A DNA stretch of 64,000 bases. Source: Owenia fusiformis (taxonomy: Eukaryota). Numbering within the stretch: the first letter of the stretch is position 1; the number at the start of each line of letters is the position of its first letter. Made by a program: the position numbers and the translations under genes. Under the pieces are notes generated by a model. The model made no database searches, was not told the origin of the DNA, and worked only from the letters and a program-made list of their open reading frames with translations. Shown in pieces: positions 26,001-38,547 of this stretch. The stretch lies in the NCBI GenBank assembly GCA_903813345.2, contig CAIIXF020000001.1:48794001-48858000 (forward strand), written 5' to 3'.

Positions 26001-29000
26001 GGAGGAACATCCAAACTGCCCAGAATGCTCTAAGATCCCCAATCCTAGAGATTGAGTGTGCGACCACAACAAATATACCTTCAGGACCTACAACATGAAG
26101 AAATGTCAACACACGCACACAATGTCGTCCAGGTATAAGATTGATTATGCATCAGAAAAATGTGTTTCCTCAAATATTTGTTCTCTTATTTATTTCATTA
26201 TAGATCAGAATCAAGCCAATTCATCTTGGTTAATTTATTCTACATATATATTATACCTTCTGCAAATATCTCTTGTGCTGACAGGCTGTCTGTTACATTG
26301 TCCATGCTTAGTGAGTACTCAAGGTGCCCGATGTAGGTGTAGACCACAGCTACAGACAAAACACTGGTGAGGGACACCACGATACACACCAACAAAGAGC
26401 TCCTGCAAATATGAAAGACTAAAATAGTTTCTCTGAACGCTGAATCGATGTTTGGTTAATGTTCATTGTTGGGAGGTATTGGGGTAAGCTACATTATATC
26501 AAGGACGTCTATTATGTTATGTTCATCTTCTAAAGACGAAATACGTGTTCAATAGCATTAACTGGGGATCTGGTCACGAATGGTCATTCTATTCCACCTT
26601 AAGTACGTGTATACAGACAAATCACCCACCTCCATGTAAATGACCCAGTTACATCCAAACAAATGACTTAACTTCCTCTAGAAAATGACTTATCTTCAGA
26701 CTAATGACCTACATACAAACAAATAACCTACCTCCAGACAGGAGCCTTGAAGTGATTGTAACTATTCAATGTAATGATGGCACCCCAACCAAGACCAAGG
26801 GTGAAGACAACCTGTACTGCTGCGTCTTTCCATAGCTGAAGCGTAAAATACATTCAAAATCATAAAAAGAGTACATTTTTAATTTCATAACTTTTCATTA
26901 GGAGAATGCATTGGCCTGAAATAAGCTATATATGGTTTGTAAATACCTGAACTAAATCTTAGTAAATTATATCACTGGTCACTAGATATTGCATTATCTA
27001 GTGTTTCCAATTTTGCAAAACCTATAACATGTTGCCCCATTAGTCATTACTATAAGGAAGGATGGATACAATAATTTCAAAGCATAGTTCCTCTTACTCT
27101 AGAGTCAAGTAAATGTTGCCAGTTCTGCCCGAAGATCTTGTTCAGTCCATCTTGTGAGCCTGGTAGCATAAGACCCCCGACCAGGAGTATGATTAGGCAA
27201 ATGTATGGAAAGATGGCGCTTAGGTAAACGACCTTGCCAGATGATCGCGTGTTCAAACACAAACAAAGAAACACAATGAACCAAACACCAACAAGGGAGA
27301 TGGTGGATTGCCATATAACATCCCCAACATTGTCTATACCATTGTTGTTTGCTTCCAAAAAGTACCGCCTGCAAAAGTATAAAATAGATTGAATAATTAA
27401 GTACAAACTTGAGCGCAAGAATATAACTTCGACTTAGAATTAATTCAGACCTTTTGCCTACCAGAAGTACTCTTTGGCTGATGAAGATATTGCTATGCCG
27501 CTTCCCTTTGCCAGAGTTTGGTTCCATATTCCTAAGACTGTTCCATTGGGACCAAAACATGTCCCATTTGGAGCTTGATACGCCAACGGATCGCTACAGC
27601 TTGTCGCAGGAGCGAGTTGAAGACAGTCTGTAAATATGATACCAAAATGGTGAATCCTGTTGTTTGATGAATTTAAGCAAAGTTTAGTTGGCATCCTCTT
27701 TGAGAAAAGGTTTTCCTTGCTTTTGATATGCCCTACAGTATAGTCGCGAAAAGAATGATGAAACATCTAGATAAGGAAGGTTCATGTGGTTCTATACCAA
27801 GGAAAATACTTACATGAAGATGGTCCCCTAGTGTTCCACCAGTTCCCCCTGTTACACGTTGCCCAGGGTAATTCGGGAATGACAGTAAAAGATGCAATAA
27901 GGTAGAAGATTGCCCAGGCAACATACAGCGAGTAATAAAGGCACACCAACAAACATGCTAGGAACATAGCACCGCCAATCCCTACAAATAGACAGGATTT
28001 GGATCATTAATAAAAACCTGTTCTTATATATCGCCATTGCCTTTTGGAAGAACGTTTATGAATGACTATTAAAGACTCGCTAGTAAATCGACTAAGGCTT
28101 CACAACAATGGCATTCGCTCAGAAGTGAAGCTTCGGCATCAATTATTACCATGTCACAAATAACTAACTTTGTCAGCTCCACCATTTGTTACAAATACAC
28201 AGCATAATATAATGTATATTAAGAGGTATATGCCTACCTGTTAAAAGAGGGACACATGTCCAGCAGTTGAAGATACCAAGACTGCAGAACTGACCCAGGG
28301 CCGACTCCATGAAGAACAAGGGTATCCCGAACAGGAAAACCATAAGGAAATAGACCAACAAAAATGGAGCTGAAAATCAACTAGCCATCTATAGTATACT
28401 ATCACGTTTTTTATTTTTATATGTTTTTTTTCTCATTCCCGTCACAAAATTTCTTTTACATAAGATTAATTTTATATTCATGTTTGTTTAAAGTAATATT
28501 GATTTGTTTTAAGGTTGATATGATTTCTTACCTCCACCATGTATGTAAGTCAAATAGGGAAAGTTAAAGACGGTCACGAGACTTATTGAGTATGCAAGAC
28601 AAGCGAAGAAGTAGTTGAATCTTCCACCCCAATACTCCCTATCGTAGTCCTCAACATATTCTTCCTTGGAATACTCAGGCTGAAACAGTGCGAAAATCAT
28701 AATTATTTGTTTCATATTTATCACTCTGAAATGAATTATGCATTCATGGCAGCTCCACCATTTGTAAACAATGTTAGGCATTATTAACGTCCACGCCAGC
28801 TCTCTTATTACAATAGTTAGAATTGTGAGCGTCTTACATCATTTGTAATTAATTCTTGGAGGAATTATGGCAGCTCCACCATTTGAATACGATGCTTGGA
28901 ACCAGGAATGTGTATGCTGTTACACCATTTGTCATCAATGCTTCGAACTATGGCAGCTCCACCATTTAAAACACGATGCTTGGAATCAGGAATGTGTATG

Positions 29001-30689
29001 ACTGTCACACCATTTGTTATCAAGGGTTGGAGTTGAAACGTATAGCAGACATGTACGGTAATTCCAACAATGCTTGGAATCAGGTGGTACATTTATGATT
29101 TTTTTTTCAAAAAAAGTTCCAAAACAACTTAAACATTATGAGGGATACAAATTAGAACACCATTTTCAAACGAAAACTATATTTACTCACCATCATATAC
29201 TCATGTTGGGAAAGTGACTCCACTTCTTGTTTTTCTAGGATATATGGCACAGCCTGATTCACCTGAAAATTAGAAATAGCGTGACGAAAACGCATATAAA
29301 GCAAAAAATGAACATAAACAATACAGATCCTTCATTGAAACATTTGCAATGATCTTAAATTGATATACAGAGTAAGATAATATAACCGTTATCCAAAACT
29401 TCCAATCTACCCTTTTCAATAGTTTGTCTTCATTTTTACAACAGGGCTTCGTCTTTAGTATTACGGCTGGTATTTTGGTCCTAGGGTTTAAATGGCAAAT
29501 ATATACGTCCTTTTGGGCTCTTGTCGCAAATCACTCAAGGTCAGTCAGGGTCATATATGAGCTAGGGTACAATCATCAATGGGAACAAAAATATTTATAT
29601 ATTACTTACAGGGGGTATATTCTGGACTGAAATATCCACATCTTGTACACTGACTCGCTCTCTTTTGTATACAGTCCTCCCACTTCCATCAGAAATGAGG
29701 TATGGTATAGCATGTATCTGTAAAAACATTAACAGTCTATACTTTGACAAGTGTGGTATTTCGCAAGCTTTATTAAATCGGGTAACTTTGAGAGAAATAA
29801 AATCTGAATTATAACGTTTTTATTGAAGTCATACAAACGGGGGTTCGATTTTTGTAATAAAAATTATATCTTGATTCATGCATGTTTTTCATATAAAAAT
29901 ATATGTAAGTCAAGATGGGGGAGTTAAGGTAGACCACACTTTATCTTCATCAATCAATGACGAATCTTATAGCAATCAAGGCGTTATTCATCTCCGTATG
30001 TAAGTCAAGTGCAACAGAACTGGAGTATGCAGCACACAACCCCTTCAAAAGTTTGGAAATGAAGACTTGCCTTACCATTGGAGAGCTTGTTCAAGCCTAT
30101 TAATGTATCGATTTCCTCAATTACAAGATCGAATTACAAATTTAAAAAATAAAAAATTAACATATCATGTCTTTTTCGTAAGTGCCAAACAAGCGTTTTC
30201 AGGAGGTCGAATGGGAATAAGGTTGACACTGTTTTATAGTAGAGAGCACTTCATAATTCGTCTTTTGATCATTGTTTTCACCAAGATATGAATATCAGAT
30301 TTTTATCATATTCATTGTATATTTTGTATACATCATTCTGCAGTTAACAGTATCTATATAGTGCTTTAAAATACATTTTGAATGTTAGTTGTTGACCTCA
30401 GATTCAGTTCATACGTTTAGTTGATGGTGTGTGCATTGTACGACAGGAACAGAAAATATTCAAGTTGTAGATTACATTCATTTGACAATTTAAAGATAGA
30501 AAAGTCAAGTCATTTTAAGGAACTAACCTGGCGAGTGGGCTTTGAAATAGAAACATTGTCAGCATCTGGATCTGCTATGAACGGCACTGCGCTTTTCATG
30601 TTGGTATTCTGTGACCTGTCGATAACGACGACATTGCCCCTCTTCGATACCTGCTCTTCTATTTGCCTCTTGTTCTTTTGAGCTGCCAT
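23027..30689 (-). CDS. SLC6 / neurotransmitter:sodium symporter family protein, atypical, 17 coding exons, about 979 aa with long N- and C-terminal tails
   Basis: Minus-strand exons 30689-30528, 29717-29610, 29262-29191, 28679-28532, 28369-28238, 27981-27814, 27627-27462, 27368-27098, 26835-26732, 26402-26257, 26087-25972, 25647-25519, 25229-25130, 24826-24711, 24480-24307, 24015-23389 and 23227-23027 are all GT-AG and splice into one frame (2940 nt). NSS motifs: REYWGG, FPY...GG, GIPLFFMESALGQF, LPWATC...WWNT, SGKVVYLSAIFPY, LWKDAAVQ, SYNHF, GIDT, QGGVY, YPTWA, EWGP. The first three exons and the last exon are less certain. Confidence 0.92.
28868..29090. repeat. About 83-bp tandem repeat in an SLC6 intron
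   Basis: TGGCAGCTCCACCATTT...ATGCTTGGAA.CAGGAATGTGTATG at 28868 and 28951, a partial third copy, and isolated cores near 28747 and 28174. Confidence 0.7.
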
Positions 30690-32535
30690 TTTAAATTTCT
30701 CATTTAATTTTCTAATCGTCGGGGGATCTACTCCCCGATTGTAATCAAAGATGAAATAGGTGGTATTGTTGATGACTTCACTCCATGCAAGCACGTACCA
30801 CACCCAGGTATGAATTCAAAAGTGGATTCTTATTTTAAGGTTGTAGCCTACTAAAAATCCCATTGAACCAAATTTGTTTTGTGCTAAAGTAAATATTCTC
30901 CTCACAATCGACAATGTACATAGCAAACAAACTCGAAAAAGTCGCGAGACTAGCATGGAATACACAATTCTTTAAAATTCTACATCCATTCATTGAGGAC
31001 GTTTAATCTTTTCACTAGGAAAATATTACGATTTTTTAAAAATTATATTCAGAGGGACTTGAATTTTTAGCAAAGTTTGAATAACCATTAAGTCTGCTCA
31101 AAGCGGATGTTATTAAACTTTACCAATTTTCCATTTCTACGACTTTATTTAATTTAATTTTTCTATTCACTTATTATTTGCTGGGATCTCGTTATGCACA
31201 CATCTATCTTGGAGAGAGCCTCTCCGATATTTCCAGAATAGTACTTTTGCACCATTTTGTGATCTCTTGATAAAAATAACAAAAGAGACAACTTATGATA
31301 ATTATTTTTAGTATTTCCATGTAAATTATAACAATTCCAGCTGTAATATACAACTAATAACGACTACTTTCTTTACATTTATACTTTTCACAAGTAAGTA
31401 CATTTAGTAAAAACATGCGTAACCTCCGTATAAAATTTGGCGTATAACGCGTCCCGAGTTCAAAGTCAGCTTGATCAAAAAGTAACTGGATGATTAATGG
31501 TAGATTCATTCCATGAACAGTGTGACAGTAATTCAACTGTGACTAGGACTATAAAATGAGTGTCATCTAGATAATACCGTTGTCACCGAACCACAGGGTA
31601 AAGTGCATATCTGCCAAGTAAGTGTGAACGCAGAACATCACTCCGAATAAAGGTTGAAAGAATGGACGTATTTATATCACTCACAAAATTTGATTTTTTA
31701 CATTTATTACATTTCATCATCTTAAGAGTACGTGTCATATTTAAGGAGGGGTCCTTACATGTTCTGGTCCGTAAAACTGTAAAACTTCAAAATATATATA
31801 ATATTAGGAATCTAAATGCTGTCAATGTCGAACAAAATAATACATGATCTTTTGCATTGACCAAATTAATCATTCTTCTTCATGACTGTGTTAGAAGCCA
31901 ATTCTGACCAGGAAAACTGAAAACGGCGCAGACGTCAGGACACTCCGAAAGAACCATCCCCCTGGCTAAGCCTATGAGTTCTCTTATTGATGAAATTTTT
32001 TTTAGCTCAAACGTATGCATCTCCATTTGTTTCATAATTTTTCTTAAAATATTTCTTCCGGGACGTGTGATATACATCACACAGAATGACATTGCTTCAT
32101 GTTCCTTTAATATGTTCATATAGAAATATAACAACGTTAACGTTTTCAATCTGTCATTTTGTTTCATGAAGAATTATTTAATTCAAACCAAATCTAAGAT
32201 TAAAGCAATTATTTTGCACTTGATATGATGTTGTTATTATGTTATATGTTGTTGTTCTTTTTTGTGTGATATCGGATATTGACCAAATGATATTCAATTA
32301 CGAATCGAAAGTTGATTATTTTCTCCCAGGTATTGTCTAAAGCATATGATACGAGTATTTAGTAATTAATCATGTTGTTCAACTATATAAAAAAGACAAC
32401 GGTATCAGAATTCTGAGATTCCTATATTGTCATTAGTTATTGACAGAGCAATAATGAAAACGTTTATGTCAATATATAACTATGTGCTAGTATACTAAAA
32501 AAAGTAGTTGTATCTTAGAAAGAAATAACTGAATA

Positions 32536-33666
32536 ATGGAAAAGAAAGGTCTAGATGGTTATGAAATCACAACTCTGGTTCCTAATGAACTAGCTACTTT
32601 CATTACAAGCACAGTATTGGACACATCTACAACAGGAATGGCATGGAATACTTCAGTTCAAAACGACCTAAATTCGACCGTAGTACCGTCTAACGCGTCC
32701 GTTAAAGACTTTACAGAATACAAGATATCTGTCAGTCTGTGGAAATATTTGTCACCCGTTGTGATTTTAATTGGATTGGTCGGAAATACTCTATCACTTC
32801 TCGTAATGAAATTTACAAGTATGAAGCGTACGAATTCGTCCTTATATCTTTCTGCTTTGGCGATATCCGACATTGGAGTTCTCATCGTTGGTCTTGGACA
32901 CAGTTGGGCTGTTTACATGTTTGAGTTTAACATTTGGAACGAACATGAATGGGGATGCAAACTTCAAATATTCTTCACTTATATGTTTGTTGACCTATCT
33001 GCGTGGATGTTAGTCTCTGTTACCGTTGAAAGAGTCATTCTTGTGTATTTGCCACTGAAGGCCAAGTCGATCTGTTCTAAAAAGAAAACCATAATGAACA
33101 TTTGCCTTGTTACATTATTAATCATTGGCGTGAACTTTCAGTGGTTTTTTTCAATTGGAACGATGAAACTGAAGGAAAGTTCATATATTTGTTATTTCCA
33201 GGATGGATTTGTAGAATTTAATTCAAAATACTGGCCTTGGATTGATGCATCGGTCGCCTCACTTGTGCCGTTCATCATTCTAATTGTTTGCAACATTTTG
33301 ATTGTCGCCGAGCTGTTGAAAGCAAGGAAACTGAGAAAAAGGCAAATGAACGTCTCGAATTCGAAACAGGACGACACGATGAAATCTATGACAATTATGC
33401 TTGTGACAATATCCTTAGTGTTTCTCTGCTTAACATCGCCGATTGTGTTCGAAATCATAAGAAAGCTCGCAAAACGATATAACGTCGAGAAGCAAGTCCC
33501 AATGACTTTGGCTGAGAAGGCGCACGAAACTCTCGTCTGGGTTATTGTGAACATGTTAATGTATCTAAACAGCGCGATGAATTTCTTCATGTATTGCCTA
33601 AGTGGAACGAAATTTCGTGATTCGCTTCGAGAATTATCCTGTGGAAAAAAACAATCGACAAGATAA
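32536..33666 (+). CDS. Class A (rhodopsin-like) GPCR, FMRFamide/TRH-receptor-like orphan peptide receptor, 376 aa, intronless CDS
   Basis: Seven hydrophobic segments; GN in TM1, LSALAISD in TM2, Cys before TM3, SVTVER in place of DRY, PF in TM5, CLTSP in TM6, NSAMNFFMY in TM7; N-terminal sequons NTS, NST and NAS. Confidence 0.95.
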   Translation: MEKKGLDGYEITTLVPNELATFITSTVLDTSTTGMAWNTSVQNDLNSTVVPSNASVKDFTEYKISVSLWKYLSPVVILIGLVGNTLSLLVMKFTSMKRTNSSLYLSALAISDIGVLIVGLGHSWAVYMFEFNIWNEHEWGCKLQIFFTYMFVDLSAWMLVSVTVERVILVYLPLKAKSICSKKKTIMNICLVTLLIIGVNFQWFFSIGTMKLKESSYICYFQDGFVEFNSKYWPWIDASVASLVPFIILIVCNILIVAELLKARKLRKRQMNVSNSKQDDTMKSMTIMLVTISLVFLCLTSPIVFEIIRKLAKRYNVEKQVPMTLAEKAHETLVWVIVNMLMYLNSAMNFFMYCLSGTKFRDSLRELSCGKKQSTR

Positions 33667-33932
33667 TATTGTATGGTTCATATGGAAAAGAGGCGGTCTT
33701 AACATTCTTTTAAGCAACATTAACATGTCATTTAGATATAAACTTCAAAACTACGTAACTTTCTATCAAAATTCTAAATTATATAAAAACCATCAACATA
33801 GTTGAGAACCAGGATTCAATCAACATAATTATTGTCGTAGAATAGGATTAATCCTGAACACTAAATAAACTTGGAACACTACTTAGTATTTTATGTTAAA
33901 TCATTTATACGTAACTAAAAGCAAATATAACA
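33666..33932 (+). repeat. Copy 1 of a direct duplication (GPCR 3' flank)
   Basis: Nearly identical to 38180-38547 apart from three indels. Confidence 0.9.
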
Positions 33933-34439
33933 TGGTGGACGCTCCAAAGGATCCCGGCCTCATGAACACTTCATTATAAATGGATTATTGATACGCCTAT
34001 TATATCTCAAAGAAAAAAAATTTGGAACTAATTGAACTCAGACAGGGAGAAACCATATTTTACCATAGCTGTATACAAACAATTAAGCCTTTCGTGGTTC
34101 GATCTTTAATCGAGAAGAAATTGTGTGCTGTTTTAACAATGATCGAAAAATAATTATTGTGACCATGTACACCATAAAACTGACCACATCGGGATAATTA
34201 CCCGGGGATAATTACCCAAATGCGAAAAATCAGTCTTGGATTGGCGAAATTACAGTGTAATTTTTGTGCGACATCTTGTTGCGAACTTTCTTCTATTTGG
34301 AATCATCAAGGACTTAATTCAAATACCGGAGCATATTCACAAATAAGCGACTCTGATAGACACTTACCGCATCGTGAAAATATCAGGTAACAAGTCCTAC
34401 TAATATAATAACTCAAGACATTAGATTTTAAACCAGCTC

Positions 34440-34950
34440 ATGTAGAATGCAATCGCACTGAAACCTAAGGTGTACCTTATATCTGGAATGAATGTATACA
34501 TGTATAATGAGACAGTAATGCCGAACAATTTAAATCACCAGAATCAAGACGATGTTGAATTCGAAACCTATAATTTTTTCCCGCTTGTGAAAATGAACTG
34601 CAATCCAGTCAAGAAGTTATTTCTGTGCACTTTGTGTGTGTCAGTGTGCACTATCATGGAGACGGCGCTTCCCCATTGTCGTACCTTATGCGTAGAGGCA
34701 TGCTCAGGGTGTGAAAATGTTATGGATGATTTCGATTTCGAATGGCCCGATAGTTTAGCCTGCGAGAAGTTCCCAGGGTTTGGCAATAATTTACGTGTGG
34801 GACGAAAGAAACGCAGTACACCATGCCGTGGTGGTATCTCTTCTAGACCCGACAAAAAACACTCTATCACCCCAGCTTATAGAGATCGTATAGGTAAACT
34901 GAATTCGAATGACAAAGAGTATGACAAGAATGGTAACCTACGTCCCTGGT
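34440..34950 (+). pseudogene. Decayed Frizzled cysteine-rich domain fragment (FZD1/2/7-like)
   Basis: YNETVMPNNLNHQNQDD...FFPLVKMNC...LFLC...VCTIMETALPHCRTLC...GCENVM..FDFEWPDSLACEKFP follows the FZD1/2/7 CRD. There is an in-frame stop just upstream, no signal peptide, the last CRD Cys reads Arg (NLRVG), no 7TM region follows, and the ORF runs into a (TATG)n microsatellite. Confidence 0.8.
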
Positions 34951-36179
34951 ATGTATGTATGTATGTATGTATATCTATATTGCCATTTGTGAAAAGGAAC
35001 AGTGAATCTGTGACAAAATTTAAGAATACTACCAAGTGAATGGAAAACCAGTATTCTACATATAAACTTGATGATAAAAATTCCTTCAGATATATTTTAC
35101 AAGTTGATTTGATCTCCAGAGAGACTACGACATGAATAAAACAATTGATAGTGATGTACTCATCTGCCTACCTTAAGTACATGGGTTTTAACAAATTCGA
35201 AACACTGTGTATATGCTTTATAACAAGAGCAACATTTCATTGTAAACAAAGCCCATTAATGCTATATCAGACTTGTACTAAATGATTTTATGAGTTGTTT
35301 TTGATTTTTCATGATGAAAGAGAAGCATTATGAAAATTATATCATATGTGTATACAATTATTGTATATAGCTATTATAATCATATATTAATGAAACTACA
35401 ATCATTTATGATATTCTGCATTTGATTTGCGTTGCATTTGAAAATATATTTGTGAGCTAAATTGCTGTGAGAATTTTATCTTAAAGCCTCAGGCATATGA
35501 TAAATTCTTGGAAAAAGTATCACTTGTTGGATATCAGTTTCAACTAATTAAAGAACAAGTGTGGAAATATGCTTTTCTTCATAATCGAAAGTTATCTGCT
35601 AATTATATTTTAATCTATTTTATCATATAATCACATCATTTTTTCTGATGACTCAGAAATCTATTGTTTTTGATCTTTGAACAGTTAATTTCAATGCGTA
35701 ACTATGGAAGTTAAACATTTTACAAGTTAACTGGATTTTATGAATCACTTTGGATCGCTAGTGGTGCAGTATTTTCATTCATTGAAATTTGACTTTAGAG
35801 TGTTGTATGCATTTTGTTTGTTTAGTTTCCGATATGACTTGTTGCTATGAGGCATAGCCAACCTCTGGATAGCAGTATTTTGACAGCTGACACCCTTTAA
35901 CTGTTAAGATATCATCTCAATATTAATTTTGAGTGAGGCAAGAAATTGACCAGACTGACTTATTTTGTGTTTACACACAACATCTAATAAGACTCAGTTA
36001 TTAGAATAACAGATCATTTAAACATCACAACTTTTGGGAATTTTGTTGTATTGTTCTGCAATTGTATGGTTTTAAGACTAATTATTTTGTTTATGGATAA
36101 CATGTTTATTTGTTATCTGACCAGTCAATTAAATCGATGAACAACTTTTTATTGTAAACACTGCTTGTACATCAGCTGA

Positions 36180-37548
36180 GTGTAGGCGTTAATTACGCTC
36201 GTGTAGATGTAAAATTACGCCCGTGCTGACGAAAAATTACGCCTGTGTAGGCGTAAATTACGCCCGTGAAGAAGTAAATTCTACGGGCGTTCAGAATACA
36301 TTTACAGGCGTGAACTTACGGCGTTAAAATTATTAATTACGGGCGTTAAGACTGTTATTTTACACGCGCTGAGAAACATCTTCACGCCCGTGGAGTTTAT
36401 TTTTAGCGCCGTTAATTATGAACCAATCAGAACCTTACTTACATGATGATTTAATGCATCCTTGCTAAAAGAGCAACTCCGAGATACTTGCGCTAGTAAA
36501 CAACAATCAGAAGCCTGCTTACATTTTAGTGTGTTGCATTGAGGTCCTTAAATATTCGTTCAAGATTGAACTAGATTTAACCAAAGAAGTATTCATTTTT
36601 TTAGAGCAAATTATATTAAAAGGCAAATTGAAGAGACATGTACTGTGTTGGCAGTTATCAACACCCATTGTAGAAACGACAAAATTGCAGAGTATTTTGA
36701 GAAGGTATACATGTTTGGTTTCTAAATACGATGATTTTTGGATAATTCTCCAATCTAGGCGTCGGCTTCAGAGGTAGGCTAGGTAGGGACTTATTAAGCT
36801 CACACGCATTGCAGCTTACATTCTCATTATACAGTCAGATCGCTAATGTATCCCTCTAAAGGATGTGTCCAGATACTAGAATTATAGTATCTAATCAACT
36901 GCAAATTGACTCTAGACTATATCCTGCAGATCTGGCATTTTTTGAAAATGTACTGAAAATGTCAAATGAGCCTATATACCTAGTATACCTAGCCAACATA
37001 TGTTCAAATTTGGTGTTAGGGAGATGTGTACTTTTTGGAATCTTTATGCAGCCGTCTTTATATGTCACATGTTATTTCCAGGAATACATAACTCATTTAA
37101 TATACGATGTATATCTTTCACATTTACACAAATAGTGCACCGAGATACCCAGAAAAGAAATAATATTTCATATACCTCCAATTGCAACAGTTGTTCCTGG
37201 CACAATCCATGAATCATGAGTATGTTATTAACTTGCACAAGGATCTTGGAGTTGTACTTTTAGCTATAATGCATCGTATCATCATGTAAGCAAGATGCTG
37301 ATTGGTTCATAATTCACGGCGCTAAAAATAAACTCCACGGGCGTGAAGATGTTTCTCAGCGCGTGTAAAATAGCAGTCTTAACGCCCGTAATTAATAATT
37401 TTAACGCCGTAAGTTCACGCCTGTAAATGTATTCTGAACGCCCGTAGAATTTACTTCTTCACGGGCGTAATTTACGCCTACACAGGCGTAATTTTTCGTC
37501 AGCACGGGCGTAATTTTACATCTACACGAGCGTAATTAACGCCTACAC
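36180..37548. mobile_element. Foldback-like element with about 270-bp near-perfect inverted repeats
   Basis: 36180-36450 is the reverse complement of about 37278-37548; arms are built from AATTACGCCCGTG-like subrepeats; no TSD seen. Confidence 0.85.
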
Positions 37549-38179
37549 ACCCGTAAACAACGCATGCATTCTTTATACTAATAGGCCAACCATAACAGTG
37601 TACTAGTTTGTCGTGTATATATTTCTGATGTTTTGTTTTAGATGACCTATTAAGGTGTATCTGTAAACGATATAAATTTTATGGTGAAACACATTAACTA
37701 TATGTAAACTTATTTCTAGTTATATGATTATCTTCGTGAAGGGCCAATTTTGGAGAACGGAGGTTTGATGTAGTTTTATTTTGGGGAGAGTAACTTGTGT
37801 TGCTAAGGTAACATGAGCCAAGGGCCTCATTATAATCCTATTTTTAACTTTGTGTAACGAACATGATCATATGTTTACTTGTATTTTGTAGTAGAGACAT
37901 CTATCATCGTATAAACTATAAAAGTGTTCCATCTATCTTTGCTCTGTATTTCTATGTTCTATGTGAGCATACTTTAACTTTAATTTGAAGGAAACATATT
38001 GTATGGTTGTGATTAAGGAAAAATTGTTATTTTTCATTTTTAAAATTATTGTATTTATTAACACAATTTGTAAATTGTGATTTATTTTCACTGCATTTTT
38101 GTACTTTTTACATTACTACTGTACTCCTTGTTTGATTAATTTTATCTGATGTGGAAATCAGACTTTACTAGAAGGGGGC

Positions 38180-38547
38180 ATATTGTATGGTTCAAATTTT
38201 AAGAGTGTTACTTTCGTTAACATTCCTTATATGGAAAAGAGGCGGTCTTAACATTCTTTTGAATCTGGTTAAGATAGCATCTTTTCAGTATAGAATGACT
38301 TTTCGGATATTTTTGGTTTAAGCAACATTAACATCTCATTTAGATATAAACTTCAAAACTACGTAACTTTCTATCAAAATTCTAAATTATATAAAAACCA
38401 TCAACATAGTTGAGAACCAGGATTCAATCAACATAATTATTGTCGTAGAATAGGATTAATCCTGAACACTAAATAAACTTGGAACACTACTTAGTATTTT
38501 ATGTTAAATCATTTATACACAATACGTAACTAAAAGCAAATATAACA
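38180..38547 (+). repeat. Copy 2 of the direct duplication
   Basis: Same sequence as 33666-33932 plus extra segments of about 35, 58 and 7 bp. Confidence 0.9.

Noticed and set aside
34470..35039. Functional secreted Frizzled-related protein
   Set aside because: No ATG start with signal peptide, the N-terminal CRD cysteines are disrupted, the last Cys is lost and there is no netrin domain; treated as a pseudogene fragment.
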